A DNA stretch of 45,612 nucleotides, filler included, from Jimgerdemannia flammicorona (lineage: Eukaryota), in assembly GCA_003990765.1 (NCBI GenBank). It is 2 parts of 2 records of this genome, joined end to end, with 100 filler letters (N's around TTAATTAATTAA, not from the genome) between each part and the next. Parts side by side here need not be neighbours in the genome. Positions count along the whole stretch, not along the records: positions 1 to 22,766 come from RBNJ01001208.1; 1 more part is not named here. The stretch is one strand, 5' to 3'. A model generated the notes under the pieces. It saw nothing but the letters and a program-made list of their open reading frames with translations, was not told the origin of the DNA and did not search any database. Positions 1 to 11,466 of this stretch are shown in pieces. Position numbers and translations under genes: made by a program. Numbering within the stretch: position 1 is the first letter of the stretch; the number at the start of each line of letters is the position of its first letter.

Positions 1-171
1 CAAACAATCTAAGAGATAACAAGATAGTTAAAGATAAGAAGTTTGAGGACTATAAGACCTTGGGAAGGCACTCCAATAAGAACTTGCTTATAACAAACTT
101 GAGTTAGTCTAAGAGATATACCTTGAAGAGAATCTGGCATATTTGAAGGACTCAGCGACCACTATGTGACA
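1..171 (+). repeat. 3' part of the 5' LTR of family A
   Basis: Matches 7188-7358; similarity stops after TGACA at 171. Confidence 0.93.
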
Positions 172-174
172 ACT

Positions 175-190
175 TAGTGCCCATTGGCTG
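175..190 (+). promoter_or_regulatory. Putative degenerate primer-binding site of family A
   Basis: TAGTGCCCATTGG 3 nt after the LTR end, probably TGG with G>A. Same ACT spacer as before family B's TGGTAGCAG. tRNA not identified. Confidence 0.45.
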
Positions 191-291
191 GTGATTCAAG
201 ACGAATCCCTCACTTTCAAGCTGAAAAACGAACAATCCCCATAACAACTACTCTGACTACAAGAGTCACTCCTGCAAGAATTCAAGATAAG

Positions 292-1660
292 ATGGAAATG
301 CATTCCCCTACATTCTATGGATATACTACTGAAGAGTCAATCCTGACCTTCATTGAAGACTTTGAACAATTTGCCGCCATGTGAGCCCTTGGTGTGGATG
401 CTCAATTGGCCCTTCTACCAGTCAGCCTCAGAGGACCTGGACCTGCCAGAAACAAGTTTAATGTAGCCACTTGCTGGTGCAGATGCAGTCAAACTTGCCA
501 ACATGAAGACCTTCCTCAGAACAACATATTATACTGAAGAGATCAAGCAAGCTCTCAAGGATCAACTCAATACTATCTGCCAGAGACTTAGTGAAGATCC
601 CAACTCATTCTATACCTGAATCTGCCACCAGATTGTCTTGGCTGGCTATGATGATGCCCTTAAGGAACAAATAGCGAATTCAACCTTCCTCAAAGGAGTT
701 TACCCTAAAATTGCCCTAGCAATCTGGTCTACCCCAGCTGTACTGACCCTTGATCAGAAAGTGGTCTTTGCACAGAGATATTGGACTGCCAGACACCCTG
801 TTGAATACTCAATGGAGAAAATAACTGGCATAAAGATGGAGCCATCAAAGCCAACTAGTATCTTACCTGCTACAGTTGTAAACAGACAACCAACCCCACC
901 TACCCCCAAGACAGCCAAAGCTGACCCAGTAAAAGAACTTACCAAGCAGTTTGCCAAGATGACTGCACACCTTGGTGATGTTGTTAGAGAAGTCCAAAGT
1001 GCCAACAGGAGACCAGTACAGAGATTTGCAGCTGCTACAGAAGAATGCAATACCACATGCTTCAGATGTGGAGAAGAAGGCCACTATGCAAAGAGCTACA
1101 TGACCAAAACAAGACACAAAGCCCAACCAAGTAATGCTAGCAGAACCAGAGAACAAACCAATGCAGTAGTCATTGAGGAGATCGGTGATACTGATAATAA
1201 AGAATACTACAAGGAGCTCGAATTCTACCCTGCTACTGAAGGTACCAGAACTCAGTCCAAGCCCTATGACAAGAAGAGCAACAGCAAGCCAGTTGGAAGA
1301 CCAAAAAAGACACCAGCTGTCACTATTCAAAGCAAGATCCAACCCAAGGAGATTGATCAAGACATGGAGTTAGATGAAGCTACCCGCCAAATTATCAAAG
1401 GCACTACTCCAGTCTCAGGAGAAAGTGAGAGCAAGAAGAAACAGAAGCTGTGTAAGACCAAGATCCACTAGTATGACATCTACAAGGACTTCAAGGAACA
1501 GAAGGTCAATGCCACTTTTGGACAGCTAGCTGAAGTTCCTGCCTTCAGACAGCAGTTGAGAGTAGGACTTGTAACTACTATCAAGAATCAAGAGTACAAG
1601 ATTGTAGAAGCTCACAATGTACAAAAAGAATCTGAGAACTTAGGTGAAGAATCTGAAGAC
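292..1660 (+). pseudogene. gag: Gypsy gag (family A), interrupted by stops/frameshift
   Basis: PTFYGYTTEESILTFIEDFE N-terminus; zinc knuckle CFRCGEEGHYAKSY with the last Cys mutated. End approximate. Confidence 0.8.
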
Positions 1661-4600
1661 CAGCATAAGACATCAGCCTATACCCCCTGCCAGATCTAAG
1701 ACTGTATCTTTGATATCATCATTGATACTAGTGCTGGAGGATGCCTCATGAGCAAGAAGGCAATTGACCACTTAGGTTGGAACATTGAAGAGTCCACCAA
1801 GATAGTCTATGTCACAGCAGACAGTACACGAGCTACCCCCCTTGGCAAAATCCGAGAAGTTCCCATCAAGATAGGAGGAGCTACCATCCCAGTAGACATG
1901 ATTGTTACAAGCACCACCAACTATGACATCCTCATTGGCAACCAATGGCTTCACAAGGCCAAGGCCATCATTGACCTCAATGCCCAGAAGATGCAGATCA
2001 ACTACAGAGGAAGAAAGGTACGAGTTTCTATCAATGTCCACAAAGGAGTCCTGCCAGACATGGAGGAAGGAGATGAAGAAGACACAGAGGTCTTCATGCA
2101 CTCAGTAAACAAGAACAAGAACAAGACACCCAAGCTTATAGATGAGCAGTGGTATAACAAGATCATCAATAGGTATGCCCCTTAAGGAAGATGCCCCCAT
2201 GGTACTAGAATGTACTGCTCCAAACACCTGAATGACTACTGGTCCTGTATCAGCGAAGTCAGGAAAATCCGTCAACAGAAACATCTACCGAAGCAAAAAG
2301 GAAAGCTGAAGAAGATGACCAGCCCCCAGAGCTTCAAGCTGACAGTAATGATGAGGAGGAATAAGAATCAGACATCACCCTCAAGATCAAGAAGTTTCAC
2401 CCTGAAGCCAAGATCCCAGAATACAAGACTGAAGGAGCCATAGGAATAGACCTTGCCAGCATCCAAGATGCTACTCTCGAACTACAGACCACCATCCTAC
2501 TTGGCACTGGAATTGGAGTCAAGCTGCTAGAAAACCATACCAGAATTATCAAGACCAGAAGCAGTCTGACCAAAAGTGAAATCTCAGTTGAAGGAGGAGT
2601 AATTGACCCTGATTACACTGGTGAGATTTTTCTCATAGTTAGAAATCACAACTACACCACTCCCTTCGAAGTCAAGAAGTATGACAGGATTGGCCAGATG
2701 CTGATCCACGAAATCAAGAAGCCTAAGATCATAGAGGCCACTGAACTTATCAAGACCAAGAGAGGAGAACAAGGCTTTGGATCTACTGGAAGAGGAGCCT
2801 ATGCCACCACCAAGATTACTGAACTTAAGCACAAGAAAGACAAGGACCAGAATAAGCACACATATACCATTGGAGAAAACTTTCCCCTGGAGGAACAACT
2901 TCTCAAGATCCTGCACCAGAATAAAGGAGTACTCGCTACAGACTTTAGGAATATCTACAATCAAGAACCCAAGTACTACCACAAAGTTGACACTGGTGAT
3001 ACCAAGCCTATCTACCAGAAATCCAGACCCATACCACCTGCCTACAGAGAGTGGCTGCAAGCCGAACTCAAGGAAATGGAAGAAGCTGGAATCATCAAGC
3101 AAGCTATCAGCCCCTGGGCCTCACCCATTATCCTTGCTCTGAAAAAAGGAAGCAAGCCTGGAGAGTTTGCACCAAGACTCTATATTGACTATAGGAAACT
3201 CAATACCATTACTAAGAAGGATAGGCAGCCCTTACCGAATATTCAAGAAATCCTTACCACCCTTGGAAGTGAAGCCAAATACTACACCACCTTGGATCTA
3301 TTCTCAGGCTTCCATCAGATCGGTCTCACTCAAGATGCTAGTGAGAAATCAGCCTACATCACACCTGATGCTATCTATATCTATCTGTGAATGCCATTTG
3401 GAATGTGCAATACCCCAGCAAGTTTCTAGTGAATGATGAACAGAGTCTTCAGCAACGAGATTGGAAAATGGCTCTTTATCTATGTTGATGATGTGATCAT
3501 CTTCAGTAATACTGTACGGGAATATATCAATTACATACAGCTAGCCCTCAAGAGGCTCAAGGAGCATAGCCTCTACATCAAGCCTAAGAAATGCAAGTTT
3601 GCAGCTCAAGAAATTGCCTACCTAGGATACCTCATCAACTAGACTGGAATCCACACAGACCCCATGAAGATCAAGGCTGTTGTAGCCTACCCAAGACCCA
3701 GAACAACCACAGAAGTCCATGCCTTCCTTGGACTGGCCAGCTACTACAGAAGATTCATCAAAGGATACTCCAATATTGCAGCACCTATCTATGAGCTACT
3801 GAAGAAGGAGACCAAATTTGAATGGACCAAGGAGTGTCAAGAAACCTTCAATGAACTCAAGACCAGGTTGACCCAAGCACCCATCCTCAGAAGACCAGAC
3901 TGGAACCTAGAATTCATCCTGCAGACAGACACAAGTACTATAGGACTTGGAGCAGTCCTAGCTCAGAAGAAAGATGGACACGAATATGTCATCTCCTATG
4001 CAAGCCGAGGTACCTGTGGAGTGGAACAGAACTACAAGTCATGTAAGCTTGAATACTTAGCGGTAGTTTGAGCAGTAGACAAGTTCCACTACTACTTAGC
4101 TGGAAAACACTTCACCATTCAAACAGACTATTCTGCTCTTGTCTGGCTATTCCACACTCTGAACCCCAAAGGAATATATGCCAGATGGATCTACAGGCTG
4201 CAAGAGTATGACTGTACTATCAAGTACTGCCCAGGAAAGACCAATACCAATGCTGATGCACTCTCAAGGACACCCCGAAACATTCCCATCAAGACTATTC
4301 AACATGAATAAGGAGCTATACTATAGATTAATCAACTATCTTGGGCAGCAGAAGATGCCCAACCACCTTGAACCTTGGACAATCACCATTATCAACCAGA
4401 CTTAGAAACAGTTTGAATTAGACAACACTATACTCAGAAAAGGAGGAAAGCTAGTAATACCTGAACACAAGAAGTATCAAATAATGAAGGAAGTACATGA
4501 GCAAGGACACTTAGGAGGAACCAACACATATGACAAGATAAGAAGAACCATGTGGTGATCAAAGATGGAAGAAGACCTGTGCCAATTTGTCAAAGGATAT

Positions 4601-5550
4601 GACAAGTGCCAAAAACAGAAATAAGATCAGCAAGACCAGGTACCCAGATCATCAAGAATTGAGCCTATCCCCTTCCACCACATTGCAATGGATATCATTG
4701 GACCACTACCAGTAACACTATCAGGAAACTGCTATATTATAGTTATTGTAGACCTCTTTACCAAATGGATAGAGGCAGGAGTATTACAAGAAGCCAATGC
4801 CCTCTCTATAGCTGATTTCCTATACCAAGAAATCATCTGTCACTACAAGACACCAAAGCAAATCACAACAGACTGCAGCACAGAATTTGTCAATGGATTC
4901 CACGAGATAATGTACCAGAAATACAAGATCTAGTACATCAAGACCATCACATACTACTCTTAAGGAAATGGACAGACAGAGAGAACCAACAAGACCCTCA
5001 AGAACATCCTAGCAAAGATCTCAGAGACATATGAGAATTGGGATAACTATCTCCCAACTGCCCTCTCTGTTCTATGAGATATATGGTCACAGAGCACACA
5101 TTTTACCCCAAAAGAGCTGCTCTTCAGAGAAGAAGATTCTAATGAAACCTCAGCCACAAATCTAGACCTAACTTGGAGACGAGTTGATGCAGAAATCCAG
5201 AGACTACACCAAATCAGGAAGAAGACTGAAGATTACATCACCAAGTCACAAGTACTGATAAGGAAGAATGCAGAAAAGAATCACAAGGCCCTAGAACCCA
5301 TCCGAATTAGAGAAAAGGTTCTACTGTATCGAAATATAGTAGAAGCCTCATGGTCATGAAAACTGGAGCCCAAATGGGAAGGACCCTTCTATGTGCAAGA
5401 TATCAAGGAAACTACCTTCTGGCTTAGAGAAATCTCAGAGACCATACTGCCTACCATGGTACATAGGAACAGACTCAAGAAGTACCACAAATCTATACAA
5501 GAGAAGCAAAACATGATGACCATCCATGAGGTTCTAGTCCACAAATCATA
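1660..5550 (+). pseudogene. pol: Gypsy pol (family A): protease, CxH/CxxC module, dUTPase, RT, RNase H, integrase
   Basis: IIDTSAG and DILIGNQWL (PR); LDLFSGFHQI, MPFGMCN, YVDD (RT); LQTDTSTIGLGAVL (RH); HEQGH, MDIIGPLP, TDCSTEF, GQTERTN, WEGPF (IN). Many premature stops. Confidence 0.93.
2371..2790 (+). other. dut: Trimeric dUTPase domain in family A pol, between protease and RT
   Basis: Five motifs in frame with RT: GAIGIDL, KTRSS, GVIDPDYTGEI, DRIGQMLI, RGEQGFGSTG. Confidence 0.93.
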
Positions 5551-6106
5551 ACAGTATGTCCCGTGACCAGCAGGCTATCTGTCTGGACTATTCTCTAAGG
5601 GATACAGCACTGGCAACTACTCATCTGTGAGACTTTTGCAGTCAGAGGAGTTCAAACCATCAACTGATTGGTCAAGATCAGAATCAGGCCCTTGCTCTAT
5701 ATGAAGGGAGTGACCCTTCACCATCACACCAAAATACAAAGAGAAGACGCTAGCCCATAAATACCAGTTTTCGACCCCTTGCCAGAGGTTATGGGATCAG
5801 CAAATTTTTCAGGACTGGACCAATGAATAAGGATGCTCAGGAAGATCCTTATTCAGGAGGAAGATGTAACAGTGATCCCAGAATGATGACATCAGCATAG
5901 GAGACAGCCTTTTCTTATAAGCCACCAGATCAGAGTACAAGAAGATCATATAGTATATGAGATGAGCAATGATGACCAACTGTGAGTCATTGTGACCACA
6001 GTACAAGCATCCTGAAGAATATAAAAGAAGGATCAAGGAACTGCAGTAGCAGCAACCAACAAGAACTACCAATCCCAAAATAGCTCAAAGACTTACTACA
6101 AACAAA

Positions 6107-6910
6107 ATGCCTGCTGCCCACCAAACCTCAAGGTCAAGGAATTACCAAGGTATCTCAGTCAAGGAAAGAATGTTCCAAGACATCAGAAGAGCCATGAGGA
6201 CCTGCTCAAGAAGGACTCCTAGTATCAACCTGGATACTACAGACCCTTATCACTTTATCCTCTACTACTGTGAAATGGAAACAAGGATCACCATTGCTAC
6301 TGAATGCCTCCAAATGTGGCAGGAGTATGAAATAGGAAACCTCCTCTGCCAGGAGTTCCCACAGGCCAGCACCCAAGAGCTACAAGATGCCACTCTCATA
6401 GATATACATGAAACAAGGACAGCTAAGAAGATTCATCAGATCTTCAGGCATATACCATGGTCAATCCCCAACTTGGAGTATATTAGAGTCTCAGATTTCA
6501 GAGACCTATTATCCTGCTGTATCAATATACTAGAAGCCAGGGTGGCTACAGAAGCCCAGTCCACTATCACTCTCAACAGCGAAAAAGTAGAAGACTTCTG
6601 GTACCCTATCCTCCAGGACAACCCAGATCAATTCCTGCAAGAATTGATCTCAGTATTCCAAGGCCCAAGCATCCAGGTTAGATCTCCCCAAGACCCCACA
6701 TTTGTTCTTTATTTTGTGGAAGAGAACCTCATAGACTGGAGAGCTCCAGACCTTGTCCCTAATTTCCCTGCCACAGCCAAATATGATGACATCATTGATG
6801 ACGTCATCTCGTGTGACGTCGAAGCATACGAAAACAACGAATTCGCGGATCTCATCTCCTTCAGTGATGATGATGATGAAGCCCCCATAATCCTGAACTT
6901 TCTGCTCTAA
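6107..6910 (+). CDS. Accessory ORF (267 aa, unknown function) of family A, inside the predicted U3
   Basis: Open ATG..TAA frame with A-rich start context, between the PPT/TGT and the TATA box; acidic C-terminus. Confidence 0.7.
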   Translation: MPAAHQTSRSRNYQGISVKERMFQDIRRAMRTCSRRTPSINLDTTDPYHFILYYCEMETRITIATECLQMWQEYEIGNLLCQEFPQASTQELQDATLIDIHETRTAKKIHQIFRHIPWSIPNLEYIRVSDFRDLLSCCINILEARVATEAQSTITLNSEKVEDFWYPILQDNPDQFLQELISVFQGPSIQVRSPQDPTFVLYFVEENLIDWRAPDLVPNFPATAKYDDIIDDVISCDVEAYENNEFADLISFSDDDDEAPIILNFLL

Positions 6911-6916
6911 GTTCTT

Positions 6917-7045
6917 TGTTACACTAGATAATGCCAGCACCAGTATTCTCATGTAACACTGAATAATGCCAGCACTGGTATTCTGAGGTGATGCGAAATT
7001 GTTCCAGCACTGGTATTTTGATGTGACACTAAATAATACCAGCCC
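6917..7045 (+). repeat. About 4 imperfect ~35-bp tandem repeats in U3 (enhancer-like)
   Basis: Units like TGTAACACTGAATAATGCCAGCACTGGTATTCT at 6917, 6952, ~6989 and ~7022. Confidence 0.7.
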
Positions 7046-7358
7046 TGAAACTTAGTAGTTTTAGTTATTGGAATTTATATTTAGCTTTATATCTTAGCAA
7101 CCATTGAATTATATTTTGTATAAATACCCCTCTTATTTCCTCTGAAATAAAGTCAGTTCCTCTCAGTACAATATACACACTTCCTTGCAAGCAATCTAAG
7201 AGATAACAAGACAGTTAAAGATAAGAAGTTTGAGGACTATAAGACCTTGGGAAGGTACTCCAATAAGAACTTACTTATAACAAACTTGAGTTAGTCTAAG
7301 AGATATACCTTGAAGAGAATCTGGCATATTTGAAGAACTCAGCGACCACTACATGACA

Positions 7359-9787
7359 GTACTCTGAGATATTTGTACAGCTATATCAGTTTTTATTATT
7401 TGAGATTTTTCTGGTAGTATTATCTATAAGACAATATTATAGAAATTATATCTTACATCTGTTGGATAAGTCTTAGTAAGAATGATTACTTTATAATAAA
7501 GCTTTTTAAATCTAATAACTTTTTCTATCTCAGGAATAATGTCAATAACTGAGATAGTTGAAGATCTTGAAAGAATATTTTTAATTTTCTCTAAACAGAT
7601 ATTAGACATATGTTCTGTCTTTTTGTAATAAAAACATTTACCTTCTTTTCTAAGCCTATCTCTTTCTTCTGAAGAAAGTTTTTGAAAAGTGGGTTTCTTA
7701 GATATTGAAGTTTCTCTGTTTCAATTTCTTTTTCTAAAGTCTTGATAGAGTTTACTTGAAGCTTGCTCAGAGTTTCTTATGCTATTCTATTCTTTAGATT
7801 TGTAGTAGTAGATACTACTAAAACCATTCTTACTCTAGTTACTGCTTGTCTGAAGCACTATTGATCATGAGGATAGTCTATAGAAATTCTCATTTTCTTA
7901 ACTCTTTTGACTAACTATAGAGAAATACTTTAGAAAAAGTAATTTGCTCTGGTTCTATTAGAGGCATTATTATCAGGATTATAAGAGAGTCTTAATATAT
8001 TCAAAGAGGCTTTCATTCTTGCTGCAAAGGCTTCTAGATTTTCTTTGCTATTTTTATCCTATTTCATGGCTTTTAATTGTACTCTTATATCTGCAAAAAG
8101 AGAAGGGCTTAGAAAATATCTTTTTAGAAGATATTTAAGTCCTCTTGCTTTAGAGATTTGTAGATATCCTGATTGATCTCCTATGGCATCTTGTTCAGTA
8201 ACTCTAATTCTATCTTTCTAAGTAAGAGATTTAGAATTTAAATTATAATACCAGAGAGTAGCTAAATCTCAAAAATAAGCTACTATTTTAGCAGTTTGAG
8301 CTTGGGCTTTTGCAAAGACTTCTTCTATAGTATATAATACATTCTTTACTAAGATAGAGTCTGAAGTTCTTTGGTCATTCCAACTGTTGCACTTATATCT
8401 ATTATCTACTGTACTTATAAATCCTGATAGATCTGTAGATATTCCTTTAAAAGTGGAAATTGATAGTGCTTTAACTAATTGATTCATAATTGCTATTTAT
8501 TCTACTAGGTTAGCTAATGCTGCCAGTTATCTTATTAATGCATCAGTAGTCATTATTGAGGTTACTGGTTCAAGTATAAACTCTGGTCCCCATGCTCCTT
8601 TCTCTGCTACCTTACTGGTCACAAGGTTTGGTAGGCAACCTTCCGAGTCCCCTTTCCCCTAATATTACCCCCTCTACCTCGGGTTGGTTTGCTGTGCCTG
8701 CAGGGGCATGGTGGGAGGAGGGCAATGGTGATGAGTTGCCCCTTTATCGGTATCAGATCGGTGCTTCCTCCACTTTTTCGCGGATTCTGGTGCCTTTGGC
8801 TGTATCTGGAGTGTACTCGTTTTGGTGCGGCGCCTTCTTCCTTTTGCCGTCACCAACAAGGAGTTGTCTCGGTATGTCTCGGGCTATGTAGGGAGTCGGC
8901 CGACCTTGGGCATCAAGTGCTTAGTGTAGGTTACCTGCAGGTCCTCGGTGCCTGTGGTGGGGCCCTCTGGCTTTGGCGAGCTTCCCGGTGAGTGCAGTTC
9001 TGGCGTAGGTGACTGCTTTTCGGGTGTTGTCAGGATGGGAGGGGAGATGGCTATCACAGATAGGCGGAAGGGTGATTATGGTAAACCAGTAGGGTGCCAG
9101 GCTGTGGGCGGTCATCGGGGCTGGGGTAGATACTGCTTCGGTGGGGCCTTTTGATTGGTGTGGCGTGGTTAGGTGGTAGGTATCACTATCGGCTTCTTTT
9201 GGCGGTCAGCGGGGTTGGGCCCCAGTCGTCAGGGGGGGTCAGGAGGCCCGAGGCTACCCATTTCAGGTGTCTTGGCTGCACTCAACTGGAACTGGGAGCT
9301 GACACGGCAACGTGATCGAGGCCCACAGGCTTGAGTAGTGAGGTATTGGAGGTTTCCTCCCACCTCACGTATAAGTCCTTTACTCATCTCAACTGGGAGA
9401 ACCAGGCCCTACCCACCATATTGTGCTTTGATGAGGGTTTTTTCTTTGCCTGTCATTCTCTTTGGAGTAGTAGAGGCTATTCTATTCAGCTCGGGCATGG
9501 CCTTGTACATACGTTGGGTTCTCAGGCATGTGCTTTCAGTCATTGGCATATGGTTGGGTTTCCCCTGGTGGTAGGGAGAGCATGGTGCGCAGAATGAGGT
9601 GCAGGCTTATCAGCCCTACTATGCCTGGCATGGTCGAGCTGCTGGACAATAGCTAGCCTAGGTTAATGGGGAGGCAGTGCTTGGTGGGTAGTGGGGGAGG
9701 GTTTTGGCCTATATAGTCTAGGTTCCCTTCCAATAAAAATCCGTGGGACATGAGTCTGTTAAACAAAAAAAAAACCGGGGGAAAAAG

Positions 9788-9821
<34 letters not shown>

Positions 9822-11466
9822 AATATAAACTCTGGTCCCCTAAAAGTTTATCTAAGTCTTCAGAGCTTTCTTCAAAAAGTCTTTCAAGGTCTTCTTCTTC
9901 TAAGGGGTCTATTACTTTTTTCTTTTCTTTAGATAATATGTCTGATAGTCTTTCTGTTTCAGAAAGGTCTTCTACTAATAGTTTAGATTTAGAATCTGAA
10001 TGTCTATCTTCTGGTTCAGGTTTTAGTTCTGAGTGAGAAATAGGTACTGAATGTAAAGATGTATAAATTCCTAAAGTAAGAATTTTAAGTAATTCTCTGG
10101 CTTCTAGTAAATTTACACTAGGTTCTGGACTTGTTAATTCTGGAGGTTGTCTTTTTACTGGTATCTATTGTCCAGCAGATAAATATTTTATTTGGTCTCT
10201 TTCTGAACTAAATACAGAAGAGGTGTCTGGTTCTTTTTGGATGTCAAAATAGATTGTATTGAATTTCTTGAGTAGTTACCTTAAGAGTTTCTAGTCTTTG
10301 TAGTTCTTATATATGATTGACCTTATGACTTAAATATCTAAAGTAAAGATGACTCTTTCTTTTAATAGAGTAATAGTAAGGAGAATTAATCTACTAAAGA
10401 ACAGTAGTTCTTATTTCAATAGAGATTAATTCAAAAAATTATTCTGTTGCTTAAGTAACTAATTTAGGTATTTCTGCTCTGTTTTGGATTATCATATAAG
10501 TCTATAAAACTTTTTCTAAAGGTCTGTATTCCTTCTTACTGCTGGATATTTATGGAATTCTGAATATAAATTTTGAGCAGAATGTTCAATAAGTTCTTAT
10601 TATTATTCTTTATGTTGACTTTCTCAGTCAACAATAGTTTTTATATTCTGTTTTTCTCTTATTTGAGGGTCTAGGATATCTAGTTACTTTCTAAATGATA
10701 TGTTCAGTGATAGCTTATAGACTGTTTAATAATCCTTTATTTGTCTTTTGCCAGATTGGCTGATAGATTCTGTCACTACTAATTATAATAGTATATCTTT
10801 ACTATTATTATAATTATACTCTTTAATTTAATAATCCTTAATATTAATGACTTAAAGATACTTATGTCAGGTGTCTTTAGCTTGAGGAAGTAGCTGTTTT
10901 AATGTCTAAGTACTATCTGTTGTACTTCTAATTAATCTAGTCTCCTTCTAGTAGACTTAGATAATAATTTAGCAATTATAGACTTTAATTCTTTAAAGTT
11001 TAAGTCTTTTAGTATATTCTTTTTAGATATAGTCTAGTTCTAAGAATTATATTTAGATAATTCAGAGTTCAAGTATTTATAGAGTTCAGGGTATCTAATT
11101 TTAGATATAGTCTTTCTATTTGGAGATTATTCTGAGACTTATCTATATATTATAGACTTTAAGTCTTAATTGTTCTTCTTTTTGAATTAAATGTTCTGTG
11201 AATGTTCTGTCTTTTATTGAGTCACTTACTTGGAAGTATTTATGTATTTTTGAGAACTTTATATATTGACTGACTATTGGCTAAAAGATATAAGACAGAG
11301 AGTTACTAGAAATAATATAAAAGTTATACTATAATAGTATCATTATAAAGTCATAATGATGCTATTTAATGATATTATTTTTATATATATACTATTTATA
11401 AAGTAATGTTCTAGATTTTTGACTAAGACTTTGTGATGTAATATATTATATTATGAGATAGTAACA
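7359..11466 (-). mobile_element. Heavily mutated Gypsy element 'D' (candidate 5' LTR, leader, gag, start of protease); host of family A and of the poly(A) insertion
   Basis: Minus strand: KLSSEEKDRLRKEGKCFYYKKTEHMSNIC knuckle (~7600-7690), then IVLIDNTT, a decayed DSG protease motif (~7410-7435). Candidate LTR 10771-11466 bounded by TGTCACTA..TAGTAACA (LTR call weak). Confidence 0.65.
8592..9823 (+). mobile_element. Poly(A)-tailed non-LTR retroposon insertion with 17-bp TSD
   Basis: TATAAACTCTGGTCCCC at 8575-8591 and 9824-9840; AATAAA at ~9732; A-tract 9794-9820; GC-rich against an AT-rich host; no RT motif seen. Confidence 0.85.

Larger units (their letters stand above)
1..7358 (+). mobile_element. 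Ty3/Gypsy LTR retrotransposon 'family A', near full-length, decayed, dUTPase-bearing; 5' LTR cut by window edge
   Basis: 1-171 repeats at 7188-7358 (7 differences, all transitions; both end TGACA). Internal order gag(CCHC)-PR-dUTPase-RT-RH-IN. Confidence 0.95.
5865..7358 (+). repeat. 3' LTR of family A (about 1.49 kb; start inferred)
   Basis: Purine tract AGGAGGAAGA (5855-5864) directly before TGTAACAGTGATC, an imperfect inverse of the LTR end GACCACTACATGACA. TATAAATACCCC at ~7119. Last 171 bp match 1-171. Start cannot be checked against the 5' LTR, which lies outside the window. Confidence 0.7.

Noticed and set aside
5550..6100. Extra ORF between integrase and the accessory ORF
   Set aside because: All frames contain several stops, no motif is recognisable, and the region spans the predicted PPT/LTR boundary.
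6107..6910. Intact accessory ORF as evidence of domestication, or as an env gene
   Set aside because: Pol has an equally long stop-free stretch (2365-3390), so intactness alone is uninformative. No signal peptide or transmembrane segment is visible.
9550..9680. Ribozyme-like words (CTGATAAG..GAAAC on minus; GGCATGGTC on plus)
   Set aside because: Could not build hammerhead stems I and III or an HDV pseudoknot. An Infernal search would settle it.
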